Assembly: GCF_963921235.1 (NCBI RefSeq)
Contig: NC_086108.1
Span: forward strand, 66,280,001 to 66,344,000
Reading direction: 5' to 3'
DNA from: Mobula hypostoma
Lineage: Eukaryota
Length of the DNA: 64,000 nt
Both the position numbers and the translations under genes were made by a program. Positions 50,385 to 62,709 of the stretch are shown here, one piece after another; positions within the stretch are counted from its first letter, which is position 1, and each line of letters begins with the position of its first letter. The notes beneath the pieces were generated by a model. It had not been told where the DNA came from and did not search any database. It saw only the letters and a program-made list of their open reading frames with translations.

Positions 50385-51455
50385 ATCTGACAAGGTCCCT
50401 CATGGTAGGCTCATCCAGACGTTAAGATGCATGGAATCCATGGTGATGTTGCCACTCGGATTCAGAATTGGCTTGCACATAGAAGATTGAATGTAGTGGT
50501 TGATGGGTCTTATTCTGGTTGGAGGTCCATGACTACTAGTGTTCAGCAGGAATAGTGCTGGGACCTCCATTGTAAAATAAATATGGGTGGATGTGTGAGT
50601 AGTTAAGTTGTTTGCAGGCAACACAAACCTCGGTGGTGCTGTATATAGTGCAGAAGATTGCCAAATTGATAGTGAGATGTAAATCAAGTGCAGATGTAGG
50701 TAGACAGGCAGAGAAATGTTAGATGGAGTTTAATCTGGACAAGTGTAAGGTGTTTCACTTTGGGAGAACGAATGTAAAAGGAAAGTACACAGCTAATGAA
50801 AGGACCCTGGCAGCATTAATGTACAAAGGGATCTTGGGGTCCAAGTTCATTGCTCCCTAAAACCAGCTGCACAAGTTTTTAAGAGTAGTAATGAAGATGG
50901 ATGGCATGCTTGATTTTATTGGTCAAGGTTCTGAGTTCTAGAGTCAGGATGTTACAGTATAGTAACTGGTGGCCTCTTTATAGTAAGAATGTGGAGGCTA
51001 TGCGGCAGGTGACGAAGAGGTTCATCGTGACTGTTCCTGGTTTAAAGAGTATGTTATACAAGGGGAGGCTGGACAAATGAGGGTAGCTTTCTCATCGCTT
51101 GCTGAGAGAAGATTGGACGAAAGTCTATATCATAAAAAGGGGCATAGGTAGAGTAACTTTTCCCAGGAGTCAATACGTCTAGTATAAGAGGGTTTGCATT
51201 TAACCTGTTTGGGGGAAAATTCAAAGTTTATTACACAGAGAGAGTTGGGTACCTAGAATACACTACCAGAGGTAGTGGTGGAGGCAGATACAACAGAAGC
51301 ATTTAAGAAACTCTTAGGTAGGAACATGAATGTGCAGAGAATGTAGGGACTTTAACCATGTGCAGGCAATGAGAATTAGCTGTCAATACCTTAATCATTT
51401 CATCACAATATTCTAGACCAAAGCCTGTTCCTGTGTTGCACTGTTCTTTGTTCTA
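50385..51455 (+). mobile_element. Old CR1 LINE, 5'-truncated, heavily decayed
   Basis: tgacaaggtccctcatggtaggct..., colinear with the CR1 at 21760-22916. Confidence 0.85.
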
Positions 51456-52534
51456 AGTTCCAAATTTCAATTCTCTGCTAGCAACTTAATGCATACTGCA
51501 GGCCTTGCACATGTTCTCCCAAGACCTTGGTTTCTATTTTGAACCACAACAGGCAGTTACGAACATCAGCTGCTAGTTGGCAAGTGATTAAAAGAGTGCT
51601 ATCTGACTCAAGTACCTCCCCCAGGAGTGAGCGAGCGAACACACACACACTCGCACCCCTACCTTTCTCTTCTCCCCCTCTCTCGCATGTGGTAAGAGGT
51701 GGATTAGAGGAACAGATAAATATGGTGATCAAAAAACTCATCTATTTGCACTGGTTGTTCTCCTAACGTGATTTTTAAACAGAATAACTGTTTTAATGAG
51801 TTGAACCAATTTCTACTCAACACGCAGTGTTATGCATGAACTGTGCTAATTACCAAAAGTTTGATTTTTTTTTTTGTGTCTCAGCCATTTTGATTGCATT
51901 TGGGGCATCCCTCTGATGATCTGCAAGCTCACTTCCTTAGTTACAAATACCACTGCTTGATAAACACTCTCTACAATTGTATACTTGTATGTTTTTCCAT
52001 ATTACAATGCCACACTAGCTTTATAGAGTAATAATTATTTTTTAACAGAATAGATTTTTACAATATCCTTCTGATCCTTGTTGTCAGTGCAGTGTTATAG
52101 GTTCACACTGGGCTTCACTCTGCAATGCTGAATAAATTCATGTAGTGTGTGAAACTCACAGAATTATAAACGTTCATTGTGCCAGCTAATTTTCAACTGG
52201 AAGCTTTGCAATATTATGTTGCAGTTCAGAGAAAAGTCAACTGCATGATACTTTATTAAAGCAGGATTGAATAATTCACATTATAGCTAATATAACATGT
52301 ACAACAGACCTGAAATGGTAACTGTTTCTCTTTTCTTTAAACAGATGTTGTCTGACCTATTGAACACTTGATAACTATGAGGGTCCATGCATGAAAAAGT
52401 ATCTTTGTTACCTAGGCAATATGATTAAGTTAACATAGTGTAAATCATACACACAACTGTTAAATGCTTTAGTGAGAATAGAACCAAAAAATACAAAGAA
52501 AATTATAATGATGTAAATGTGTGTATAGTCAATA

Positions 52535-53150
52535 TTTCAAGTTCAAATAGATTTATTATCAAAGTACATATATGTCACCATATACTGCTGAGATTCATTT
52601 TCTTGCAGGCATTCAAAGCAGAACAAAGAAATACAACAAAATCAATGAAAAACTACAAACTACCAATCTGCATAACTGTGCAAATAAAATACAGCACTCT
52701 GCAACAGTCTTAAACTCCCTACATATATATGTGCCTAAGACATTTACGCAATTATGTGTATTGCACTCAACTGCAGCTGCAAAAAAAAAAAAAAAAAAAA
52801 AAGAAATTTAATGACCATGAGAGTGATGATATACCTGATTCTGGTATGGAGTTCTGTTTGGGCTGAGAGTGAGAAGTGGGCAGGGAGAGGAGAATCATGG
52901 TTGGGAAAAGGGGAAGAGAGATGGGAGGGAGAAAGAAGCACCAGAGAGACATAATTTAATGATCAATAATCCAATTGTCTGGAATCAAATGACCTTGCTT
53001 GGTGTCTCAGGGCTGTGTGTGCCTGCACCCATGCCAACTCCACCCCGGCACTCCTCCTCTGCCATCCATCCCATACCCCTCACACCGCACTCCACCCTCG
53101 CCAATCCCATCATTTGCTCCTGCCAGTTTTACAAACTCAATCTCCGCTTC
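52535..53150. repeat. Composite unclassified interspersed repeats with a poly-A run (52781-52802)
   Basis: 5' part shared with 35938-36200; purine-rich then pyrimidine-rich blocks; no recognisable coding motif. Confidence 0.45.
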
Positions 53151-53199
53151 ACATTGATAAATATGGTACTGTGCAAAAGTCTTTCCCGTGTCACAGCGC

Positions 53200-53935
53200 C
53201 AACCCGTCACCTCCGTTTTGGTAATGCCATTAGCAGAATCAGCTGTTGGCATGGTCTTTTACAAAAAGCAAATCATTCCTCTGCGCTCTCTATACAAGAC
53301 AAGGTGGAAGTTCTGAATAAACTCAACAGTGGTGTGTCTGTGAAAAGCATATACGACTTGTATAAGATTGGCTCTTCCACAGTTTATGATATAAAGAAAC
53401 AAAAAGAAAATTTGCTCCAATTCGCTGCTGATGGTGAATCAAAAAAACACAGACGTTCATAAAGAAAAGAATGAAAGATGAAAGATGTTCAAAACTAGGC
53501 AAGTTCTCACAAAATAGTTTAAACTTCATCACCACCACCAGGTCATGAAGATTCAATTAACTTTCAAGATGAAACACAAGACAATCCTGATGGCCCCCAC
53601 TTTCAGACACGTAACTCTGCTTGGTTGTACAGTCCAGTGCTTTACTTTGGAAGTGGCAGTAAGCAGCTTTCTGATGCAAGTAAAGACAGATACCTTGTGA
53701 GGTATTTTGCCTATACTGTACTTCAATAAATTTCACTTACTTTTCATTTGTTTCTTTTTCCTTTATTATCCAACTTGTGCTATTTACAGGGTACTTTAAA
53801 GGTAGGATGAGGTGATCATCAAGGAGGTTAGAGGTGTTTATTTATTTAATCCTAACCTGCCCACTTGTGATTTGGCAAAAATCACTAATCCGGTACTACA
53901 CACACAGGACCCAATTAATTCTGGATCTGTAGTAT
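53200..53935 (+). mobile_element. pogo/Tigger DNA transposon remnant (CENP-B-type N-terminal HTH)
   Basis: LSIQDKVEVLNKLNSGVSVKSIYDLYKIGSSTVYDIKKQKENLLQF; subterminal motif cactaatccggtacta (53883) also occurs in the MITE at 31240. Confidence 0.8.
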
Positions 53936-53989
53936 GTGTATGTATGTATATCTGTAGTATGTGGTAACATATACACTGAACTTTGAATG

Positions 53990-54855
53990 TCATTGTAAAT
54001 TTCACTGACAACATTATTGCTATTGGATGAATCACAGGTGGTGATGAGTCAGCATATGGGAGCAAGATAGAGCACCTGGTTGAGTAGTTCTGCAATAACA
54101 ACCGCTCGCTCAACATCAGCACAACTAAGATTGTTGATTTTAGGAAGGAGAAGGAGGGCAAACATGGTGCAGTCTAATTTGGAGGATTAGTGGTGGGGAG
54201 AGTCAACAGCTTTAAATTCCTGGGGGTAAACATATTTGATTACCTGTCCTGTGCCCAGCACAAATACAATCACAACAAAAGCACAACAATGTCTACTTTC
54301 TTAGGAGGTTAAGGAGTTTCAATTTGTCACCAAATACTCCAACAAACTTCTTGACTGGTCGCACCATGGATTAGTACATCAATATGAATAAGCAGGAATG
54401 CAAGAAGCTGCAAAAATTTGTGGAGTGTGCCTAGAACATCACTGGCATGTTCCTCCCCACCACTGGTGGTATCTAGATGATGCGTTGTCTCAAGAATCCA
54501 TTATGAAAGATCCACATCAACTGGTCCATGTCATCTTCTCAGTTACAATTTAGCAGGAGGAATGGGAACCTCAAGTTCCACACCACCAAGCTCAAGAACA
54601 GCTACTTCCCTTGAACCTAATGTTTCTTGAACCGACCAACAAATCATTAGTGTTTAGCACACCATGACCACTTTGATCACTTTGCACTAAAATGAATTTT
54701 AGTTCCAATTGTGTTCTTTCTTGTAAAAAAGTGTATAATTAATGTTTGTTTTATGAATGCTGCTTATATGTCATGAGCCTGTGATGCTGCTGTAAGTTTT
54801 TATTGCAGATGTGCATATACGTACTTGTGCATGTGACAAGAAACTTAACTTTGAA
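53990..54855 (+). mobile_element. Old Rex1/Babar-like LINE 3' fragment
   Basis: Decayed motifs (LNISTTK.VDFRK, FKFLGV, YFLRRLR.F) and a LINE-type tail. Confidence 0.75.
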
Positions 54856-55759
54856 TTTTCTAAAGTCTACATTGTATTCTGTCATAAAATGAATCTTTCT
54901 AATCTCTAACGTAATTACCATCAATAAACCTTTTCTTGTGTGCTTACTTAATTACCATGTTATGAGATTGGCTCAATTAATAACAATCTATGCTCCCTAT
55001 CAGAAAGCTGTGATATGCATCCATCACTCACTGAGGAAATAGACATTGTCAGAACCATTGGATTAGAAATTCCTTTGTCATGCCTCTGATACATGTGAAT
55101 ACATTCTTAACCAAGAGCATAACATTTTCAGCCTATTTCTTGATTTTGCTGTGTGCAGTGTGATCTGATAGACAACTTTCCAGCATAACTTCTGTCACCA
55201 CTAGAAACATTCACCTCCAAATCATCCAAAAATGCAGCAACACCCAAACTCCTGTGGCAGGAAAGCAGCATCCATCATCAAGAACCCACAGCATCCAGGC
55301 CATATTCGCTTTTTACTGCAGCCATCAGGTGTATGGTGCAGGAGCTGTGGGTCCCACATCACCAGGTTCAGAAACTGTTTCTACCCCATAACCATTAAGT
55401 CCTTGAACCAGAGGAGATAACTTCACAACTCCCAGTAAGATGGCGACACACTCAGACGCAGGGGCCTCTCTGGGACCAACCAAAGGTGTTTTTGTCTTTA
55501 ATGCCTTTTTTACCCCACTGGATATTAAGAACTTCAAATACTGTAGTTCAAACCCATCAGTGAGTTGCTCAATAGCAGAGGAGCAAGACTTGGTGCAGAT
55601 CCTGTTGCCACCTGCTACAAAAAGTGGGTGTGCAGTCTAACAGCGAGTGATTGTCTCCAATGATTCTCTTGTGATCACAAGACTCTGTTGGACATTGGTA
55701 ATGTAAAATTATGCAAATCTGATTCACTGGTTTATTACAGGGAACTTCGGCAGGGGAGC

Positions 55760-57100
55760 TAGTGATAGGTTAAAAGGCAGGACCTCCAGGGTTGTGATCT
55801 CAGGATTGCCACCTGTGCCAGAAATGAGGCAAGAAATAAGAATAAAAAATACAGTTCAACGCATGGCTACAGAGATGGTGCAGGAGATTGGGCTTCAGAC
55901 TTGTAGATCATTGCGCTTTCTTCCAGAGAAGGTGAACTCGTACAGATGGGACAGTTTGCACCTAGACTGGAAGGGGAAGTAAAATCCTTGCAGAAATATT
56001 TATTCCTAATCTCTACTGAGATGTACTCAACATTCTGCTCCTTATATCATTTCTCACTATCACCTTGATTTCATCCTTAATTAAGAGCACTACCGGCCCC
56101 CACTTACTTTCCTACCTATCCTTCCATATTAGCCAATACATTTGGATATTTAATTCCCAGTCATCACCACTCTACAGTCCACTACTGTAATGGCCACTAA
56201 GTCATTGCCCTTTGTATTAATAGATGCCACAAATTTGCCAACTTTGTTTTGAATACTGCGGGCATTGAGATGAGGTGTCTTTACACTAGTTATCCTTTTA
56301 GAATCTGGTAACCTGTGTGTCTTCTGCATTTAATTTTTCTGTACTTTACACAGACTTCTTTTTCCTAAGATGTGCTTTGGTCTCTGCATTGCTTCTGTCT
56401 TTCTGCTTAGATTTCCATCCTCCTACGATATTAGTTTAAACCCACCCCAAAACACTTACAAACCATTCCCTAAGACATTGATCCCAGTCCTGCCCGGGTG
56501 TAGACCATCCAGTTTGTACTGCTCCCACCTCCCCCAGAATCAGTTCCCACCACATAGCAGATTCCTACTACACAACTAGCACACGACACAGGTAGCAATC
56601 CTGAGATTATCACTTTTGAGGTCTTACCTTTTAATTGATCACCTTGCTCCCTAACTTCAGCTTGTAGATCCTCTTCCCACATTTTTCTTGTATTGTTAGT
56701 ACATTGGAAGCCCCTACCACTATAGCTCTGCCATACTTTTGCCTGCCCTCCTGTGCATCACAACCACCTGGTTACTGCTGCTTTCCTGTGATGAACCATC
56801 TCTCTCACCTATATTCAAAGTGGAGGGATATATTAGTTTAAGAGGGAGATGATTACAGGTTTCTTCTGCACTGCCTTCCTGCTGGGTACCTTTTCCCTCC
56901 TTTTCCCTAGGCCCTTAAGCTGCATGTGACCAATTCCTAAATATGTTATCCACAATTTTCTCACCAAACACAGCTCCAAGGCCAGCATGTGATCTGTCAG
57001 GAACTTCCTACCCGCGTAGTCATCAGAGAATTTGGCAGCCTCCCCAGGTTCACATTGCACAGGGGAAGCATGACATCAGCCAGTCTGCCGTAACTAAAGT
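55760..57100. mobile_element. CR1 5' region remnants (ORF1 SGNH/esterase-like), plus strand 55760-56000 and minus strand 56000-57100
   Basis: RTSRVVISGLPPVP...DSLHL on +; LKGKTSKVIISGLLPVSCAS and the ORF2 start (LNARSIQNKV) on -. Confidence 0.7.
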
Positions 57101-57591
57101 GCTTTGAGACAAAAAAAAACTATTCTCAACTGACCTTAGTGTTGCTTGTCCTTCCCAGCAAAGCCCAATATTCACCAAACCTCACATTCAGACAAGACAG
57201 CATTCCCTCTCAAAACAAGAAATGGCCAGTCTGTTCAACCCCAACATTTTTTTATTGGCTGTTGATAGCCAATTGCCTATTAACTAACAATTAGCTGCCC
57301 AAAGTCTTTTAAATTCCTGCAAGTGGAACTCTCAAGTAAGCAACAAGATAGACCTCTTTTGAATTCTCCCACTCTCCCTTCAAGTCCCAAATCCTGCAAG
57401 TGAAACTTTCAAACAAGTAATGCAACTCACCTCTTTTCAGTTGTTCCACTCTTGCTCCAATGAGATAAAATCACCCATGATGATATACCTTTAAAATGAT
57501 TTCACCTACTAAAAGATGTGGTGACTTTAATTTAATCTGATATGTAGCCATAAAAAGGACACTATCCAAAGCAACTATACTTTAACATTAC

Positions 57592-57791
57592 AGAGATGGA
57601 AAAATCTCCAGATGCTGGAAATCCAAAGCAACCCGCACAAAATACTGGAGGAACTCAGCAAGTCATGCAGTATCTATGAAAAAGAGCAAACAGTCAACGT
57701 TTTGAGCCAAGACACTTCTTCAGGACTGAAACATTGACTGTTTACTCTTTTCCATAGATGCTGCTGAGTTCCTCCAGCATTTTGTGTGGGA
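57592..57791 (-). mobile_element. Fold-back PLE-derived element with 8-bp TSD
   Basis: aacattac at 57584-57591 and 57792-57799; cacaaaatactggaggaactcagca mirrored by tgctgagttcctccagcattttgtg. Confidence 0.85.
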
Positions 57792-59305
57792 AACATTACT
57801 TGAATGCTTATAATTTTGTATGAAGTAGCCAGATTCATGCTGAATATTTTAATTAATATTTTACCCATTTTGTTATGGTCACATTTCTGCAATATAACCA
57901 GAAATTTCATTTTGATAATATTAAAAATTATTTGTTGAGAGGTGCTTGACAAAACGGAAGATTGTGCAAGACATGAAAATAAAAAGTTGTCAATTTGTAG
58001 ACAATAATTAAAAAACATGAAGTACAAACAAGTGGAAGAATGTTTGCAAGATTTAATGGAAGATTAGAAATGCAATTGTTTTGCACTTTATTTCAATTTT
58101 TCATAATATTTGCAATATTTCTATCAACAATGCCCATTATCTTTGCAAAGAATATTTAGAAATTTAGAAAAACACAACTAGACCTCTCGAAATGTGTATG
58201 AGCTGCTATAGATCATTCATTTTTATTTTGACTACAGTATATTTAAGCTGCTGAATATGCTCTAAATGTAAATATTAAGCTAACTGGCCTGTAATTACTT
58301 AGAATGGCTGCCCTATTTATAAAATGAGAATTACAGGGTCTGCCTCAGCTCTATAGTTCACATCCACATTCAAAAAATAGGTTGAAGTATGGGTGGTAAT
58401 TATACCTACCACCACCTACCCACTCACCCATTTTGCCCATTCAATCCTTAAAAACTGGGGTTCAGCCTCGAGCTTGTCATGTTCCAAATTATTGTATTAT
58501 TTACAATGATAATTCAGACCAAGCTAAAGACAGTCAAAAAACAAGTTGAAAGCCCATTTTATTGTCAGATGTACGAGTATACATATGTAAGCACAGCTGC
58601 AATAAAAAAAACTATCTTACAGCCACATAGCATCAGACACACAACATTCATAGGACAAACATAAGTTAAACATAAACATAAAGTTAAACAGTCAGTGGCC
58701 TACTTATAAAAGTTGTGGCCGGATGTAAAATTAGCATCAAGGAACAAGAACTCCAACACAGTTTTCTGCCCAGTAGTTGAACCACATCAAGAAGAGTCAT
58801 TGCCAGGAAACTCCAAGAAAAATTTATGATATCCCCATTTGTGGGAAAAGAACTTAAATTACTTAGTCCCAGAACCCCCAAGGTGTCCATCTCCTCAAGC
58901 CCAGCCTTGCTTAATCATAAAAAGGGATTTGCCTTCTCTCCTCCGATCAATTTGAAATCCACATTGCATTGGAGCCCCTCCTGTAATGATCTTCAGACGA
59001 GCAGACCCAGGTGCGAAGTAAACTCAGGATTCGATAGCAAAAATTAATGATTAAGATTTATTCAGAAAATAATACAAGAAATAGTCAAACAAAGGGCTTA
59101 CTTAATTAGGATTTGAGCACACAGAATGGAAATTCACACAAAACTTGAATCCAGGACAGCAATGAGTGCTAGTCCAGCATAACCTTAAACTGAACATAAA
59201 ACATAGGAAACCTGTGCAGTTGGAAATCAAAAACTAATCACTTAAGAAGAAGGATAAAGAACCCATATTCACATAACAAGCATCATGAAAAACACAGTGA
59301 CAACT

Positions 59306-60152
59306 TAGTCATAGTCATAGCCATAGTCATACTTTATTGATCCCGGGGGAAATTGGTTTTCGTTACATTTGCACCATAAATAATTAAATAGTAATATGTA
59401 AATTATGCCAGGAAATAAGTCCATGACCAGCCTATTGGCTCAGGGTGTCTGACCCTCCAAGGGAGGAGTTGTAAAGTTTGATGGCCACAGGCAGGAATGA
59501 CTTCCTATGACGCTCTGTGCTGTATCTCGGTGGAATGAGTCTCTGGCTGAATGTACTCCTGTGCCCAACCAGTACATTATGTAGTGGATGGGAGACATTG
59601 ACCAAGATGGCATGCAACTTGGACAGCATCCTCTTTTCAGACACCACCGTCAGAGAGTCCAGTTCCATCCCCACAACATCACTGGCCTTACAAATGAGTT
59701 TGTTGATTCTGTTGGTGTCTGCTACCCTCAGCCTGCTGCCCCAGCACACAACAGCAAACATAGCACTGGCCACCACAGACTCATAGAACATCCTCAGCAT
59801 CGTCCGGCAGATATTAAAGGACCTCAGTCTCCTCAGGAAATAGAGAAGGCTCTGACCCTTCTTGTAGACAGCCTCAATATTCTTTGACCAGTCCAGTTTA
59901 TTGTCAATTCGTATCCCCAGGTATTTGTAATCCTCCACCATGTCCACACTGACCCCCTGGTTGGAAACAGGGGTCACCGGTACCTTAGCTCTCCTCAGGT
60001 CTACCACCAGCTCCTTAGTCTTTTTCACATTAAGCTGCAGATAATTCTGCTCACACCATGTGACAAAGTTTCCTACCGTACCCCTGTACTCAGCATCATC
60101 TCCCTTGCTGATGCATCCAACTATGGCAGAGTCATCAGAAAACTTCTGAAGT
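59306..60152 (-). mobile_element. Rex1/Babar LINE 3' fragment inserted in the chromovirus LTR
   Basis: 198-aa ORF KKTKELVVDLRR...YKYLG...YFLRRLRSF; (AGTCAT)n tail. Confidence 0.95.
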
Positions 60153-61157
60153 TTTAATAAAACTTCAGTAACTGAAATAATGATAAAAGTAGTCCTTAAA
60201 CTGCTCTAATAAACTCAAATAAACGATGTTCATGTGTATTGAGACCTGCCGCTGCCTGGCACACCTCAGTGGTCTGAAGAGTTTATGACAGGATGCCCCA
60301 CCCCCCACACCCCCACCATGGCTGGTATCTGACAGCCCAGGGCAATCAGGATACCTGTTATGAAAATCCATGATTTATTAAGAGTTTGGAGTGTCCTGAG
60401 AGGAATGTAACATCTTTCTTCAGGGCTGTAGCCTTCCCAGTCTATGAGATATTGTATCTTGCCATGGACATGAGAGTCCAGTTGTCATCTAACTGTGTAA
60501 ACCAGTTGTCCATTGACAAAACAAAGAGGGGGAGGATCCTTGGGAGGTAGGGGCCAAGGGATTGAAAAGTACTGGCTTGAGGCGAGAAATATGAAAGCTG
60601 AGATGGATACGCAAGGTTTTATGTAATTGTAAGCGATTTTTTTTAATATTAGGACCGATGTATTTGGCAGACAGTTTCCAAGATTCCACCCACATGGGAT
60701 GGTCCCAAGTTGAAAGCCAAACCTGTGGGCCTGGACAGAACAAAGGACCTGGTCATCTTTAACAGCGAGCCTGTTGCTGCTGCTGTTGAGAGTTGGCCAG
60801 TAGAGTCAATCTTGCTTGAGACCACGTCTGCCTGCATCTCTTAATCAATTTATCAGTAGCAAGGACACCCACCTTGGACTACTGCTATAGGAATAAGGAT
60901 AAACTGGCATTTGAAAGGGGACGTCCCAATGGAGGATTGAAAAATGTTATTGTGTATGAATTCTGCCCAAATAAGATGGTTATTCCATGCAATTGGATTT
61001 CCCAAGACCAAACATCTTAAGGATCTCGCCAGATCCTGGTTCACTCTTTCTCTCTGCCCATGAATTTGCAGGTGGAATCCTGAAGTTATGCTAACAGTTG
61101 CCCCAGTAAGAAGACAAAAGGCCCTCCAAAAAAAAATCCGAGATGACCATGATCATC

Positions 61158-62115
61158 CACTATGGAATTGATGGCTTTGTGGCAAAGTTTGCAGATGATA
61201 AGAAGATAGGTGGAGGAGTAGGTAGTGCTGAGGAAGCAATGTGATTGCAGCGGGACTTAGACAAATTGGAAGAATGGACATAAAGTGGTAGATGGAATAC
61301 AATGTTGGAAAATGTATGATAATGCATTTTGATAAAAGGAACAATACCACAGACTATTATCTAAATGGGGAGAAAATTCAAACATCAGAGGTGCAAAGGG
61401 ACTTAGGAGTCCTCGTGCAAGACGCCCAGAAGGTTAATTTATAGGTTCAGTCTGTGCTAAAGAAGGCAAAAGCAATATTGTCATTTATTTCAAGGGGAAT
61501 AGAATATAAAAGCAAGGAGATAATTCTGAGCCTTTATAAGACACTAGTCAGGCTGCACTTAGAGCATTGTCAACAGTTTTGGGCCCCATATCTCAGAAAG
61601 GATGTGTTCTCACTGGAAAGAGTCCAGAGGAGTTTCATGAGGATGATTGTGGGAATGAAGGGGTTAACATATGGGAAATGTTTGGCAGCTCTGGGCCTGT
61701 ACTCACTGGAATTTAGAAGAATATGAGGGGATCTCATCGAAACCTAACAAATGTTGAAAGGACTAGATAGGGTAGATGTGGAGAGGATGTTTCCTATGAT
61801 AGGGGTATCCAGAACTAGAGAGCACAACCTCAAAATTGAGGGGTGACCCTTTAGAATAGAGGTAAGGAGGAATTTTTTTTAGCAAAGACTAGTAAATCTG
61901 TGGAATGCTCTGCCATAGACTGTGGTGGAGACCAAATCCGTGCATGTATTTAAGATAGAAATTGATAGTTTTCTGATCAATCAGGGCATCAAAAGATATG
62001 GCAAGAAGGTAGGTCGATGGGGCTAAGTGGGATCCGGATTGGCCATGATGGAATTGCAGAGCAGACTCGATGGGCTGAATGGCCTAATTCTGCTCTGATA
62101 CTTTATGGTCTTATG
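61158..62115 (+). mobile_element. CR1 LINE, 5'-truncated, inserted in the chromovirus integrase
   Basis: GFVAKFADDKKIGG, LYKTLVRLHLEHC; ttatggtcttatg tail. Confidence 0.92.
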
Positions 62116-62709
62116 ACATACTTGGAGAAGCCGTGAATCTGGAACAAAGTGACAAGCCTTTGAGAACTAGTCCACACAACCATAGTGACAGTACTTCCTT
62201 GGGAAGGAGGAAGGCTGGTGATAAAATCCATTGAATTATGCTACCAACATGAGTGGCAATAGGTAGAAGCTATAAAAGCCCTTGGGTAGATGTGTGGTCC
62301 TAGACTCCCCCATCATAGGAAACATCCTCTCCACATCCACTCTATCTGTGCCCTCTGATCTGAGGCTCCCCCACTACAGGAAACATTGCTGGGTTCCTTA
62401 TTCTGGGCGCGCACACACATCACATGCTGAAATGTAACCTTTGACATCTTTGATCATACCTGGCCACCAAACCCACTTCCTTATAAACTCCACAGTTGAT
62501 GAAACTCCTGGGTAACTAACCACATTGGAGGTATGCCCCCAATTCAATACCTTAATGCGGACTACCTCAGGGATGAAGGTACGATCAGGTGGGTCATTGC
62601 TGGAATTGGCCTCATGTTCTTCCTGGGCCCTCTACTCCCCATCCATACCCCATCTAGTGGGAGCCAGCACCCTTGAATAGGGAGAATGGCCTCTGAGATC
62701 TCCTCCTTA

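Larger units (their letters stand above)
58982..62705 (-). mobile_element. Chromovirus-type (sushi-like) Gypsy element 3' half: integrase, chromodomain end, PPT ~60296-60317, 3' LTR 58982-60290; interrupted by Rex1 and CR1 insertions
   Basis: Minus-strand WGHTS...PGV...WWPGMIKDVKGYISACDVCAR (HHCC), SMDFITSLPPSQG, RVNQDL...[37 protein letters not shown]...TTACA. Confidence 0.85.

Noticed and set aside
52869..53462. 197-aa ORF as a domesticated TIGD/JRK-like gene
   Set aside because: Only the HTH is transposase-like; the frame stops before any DDE domain and the 5' part reads through other repeats.
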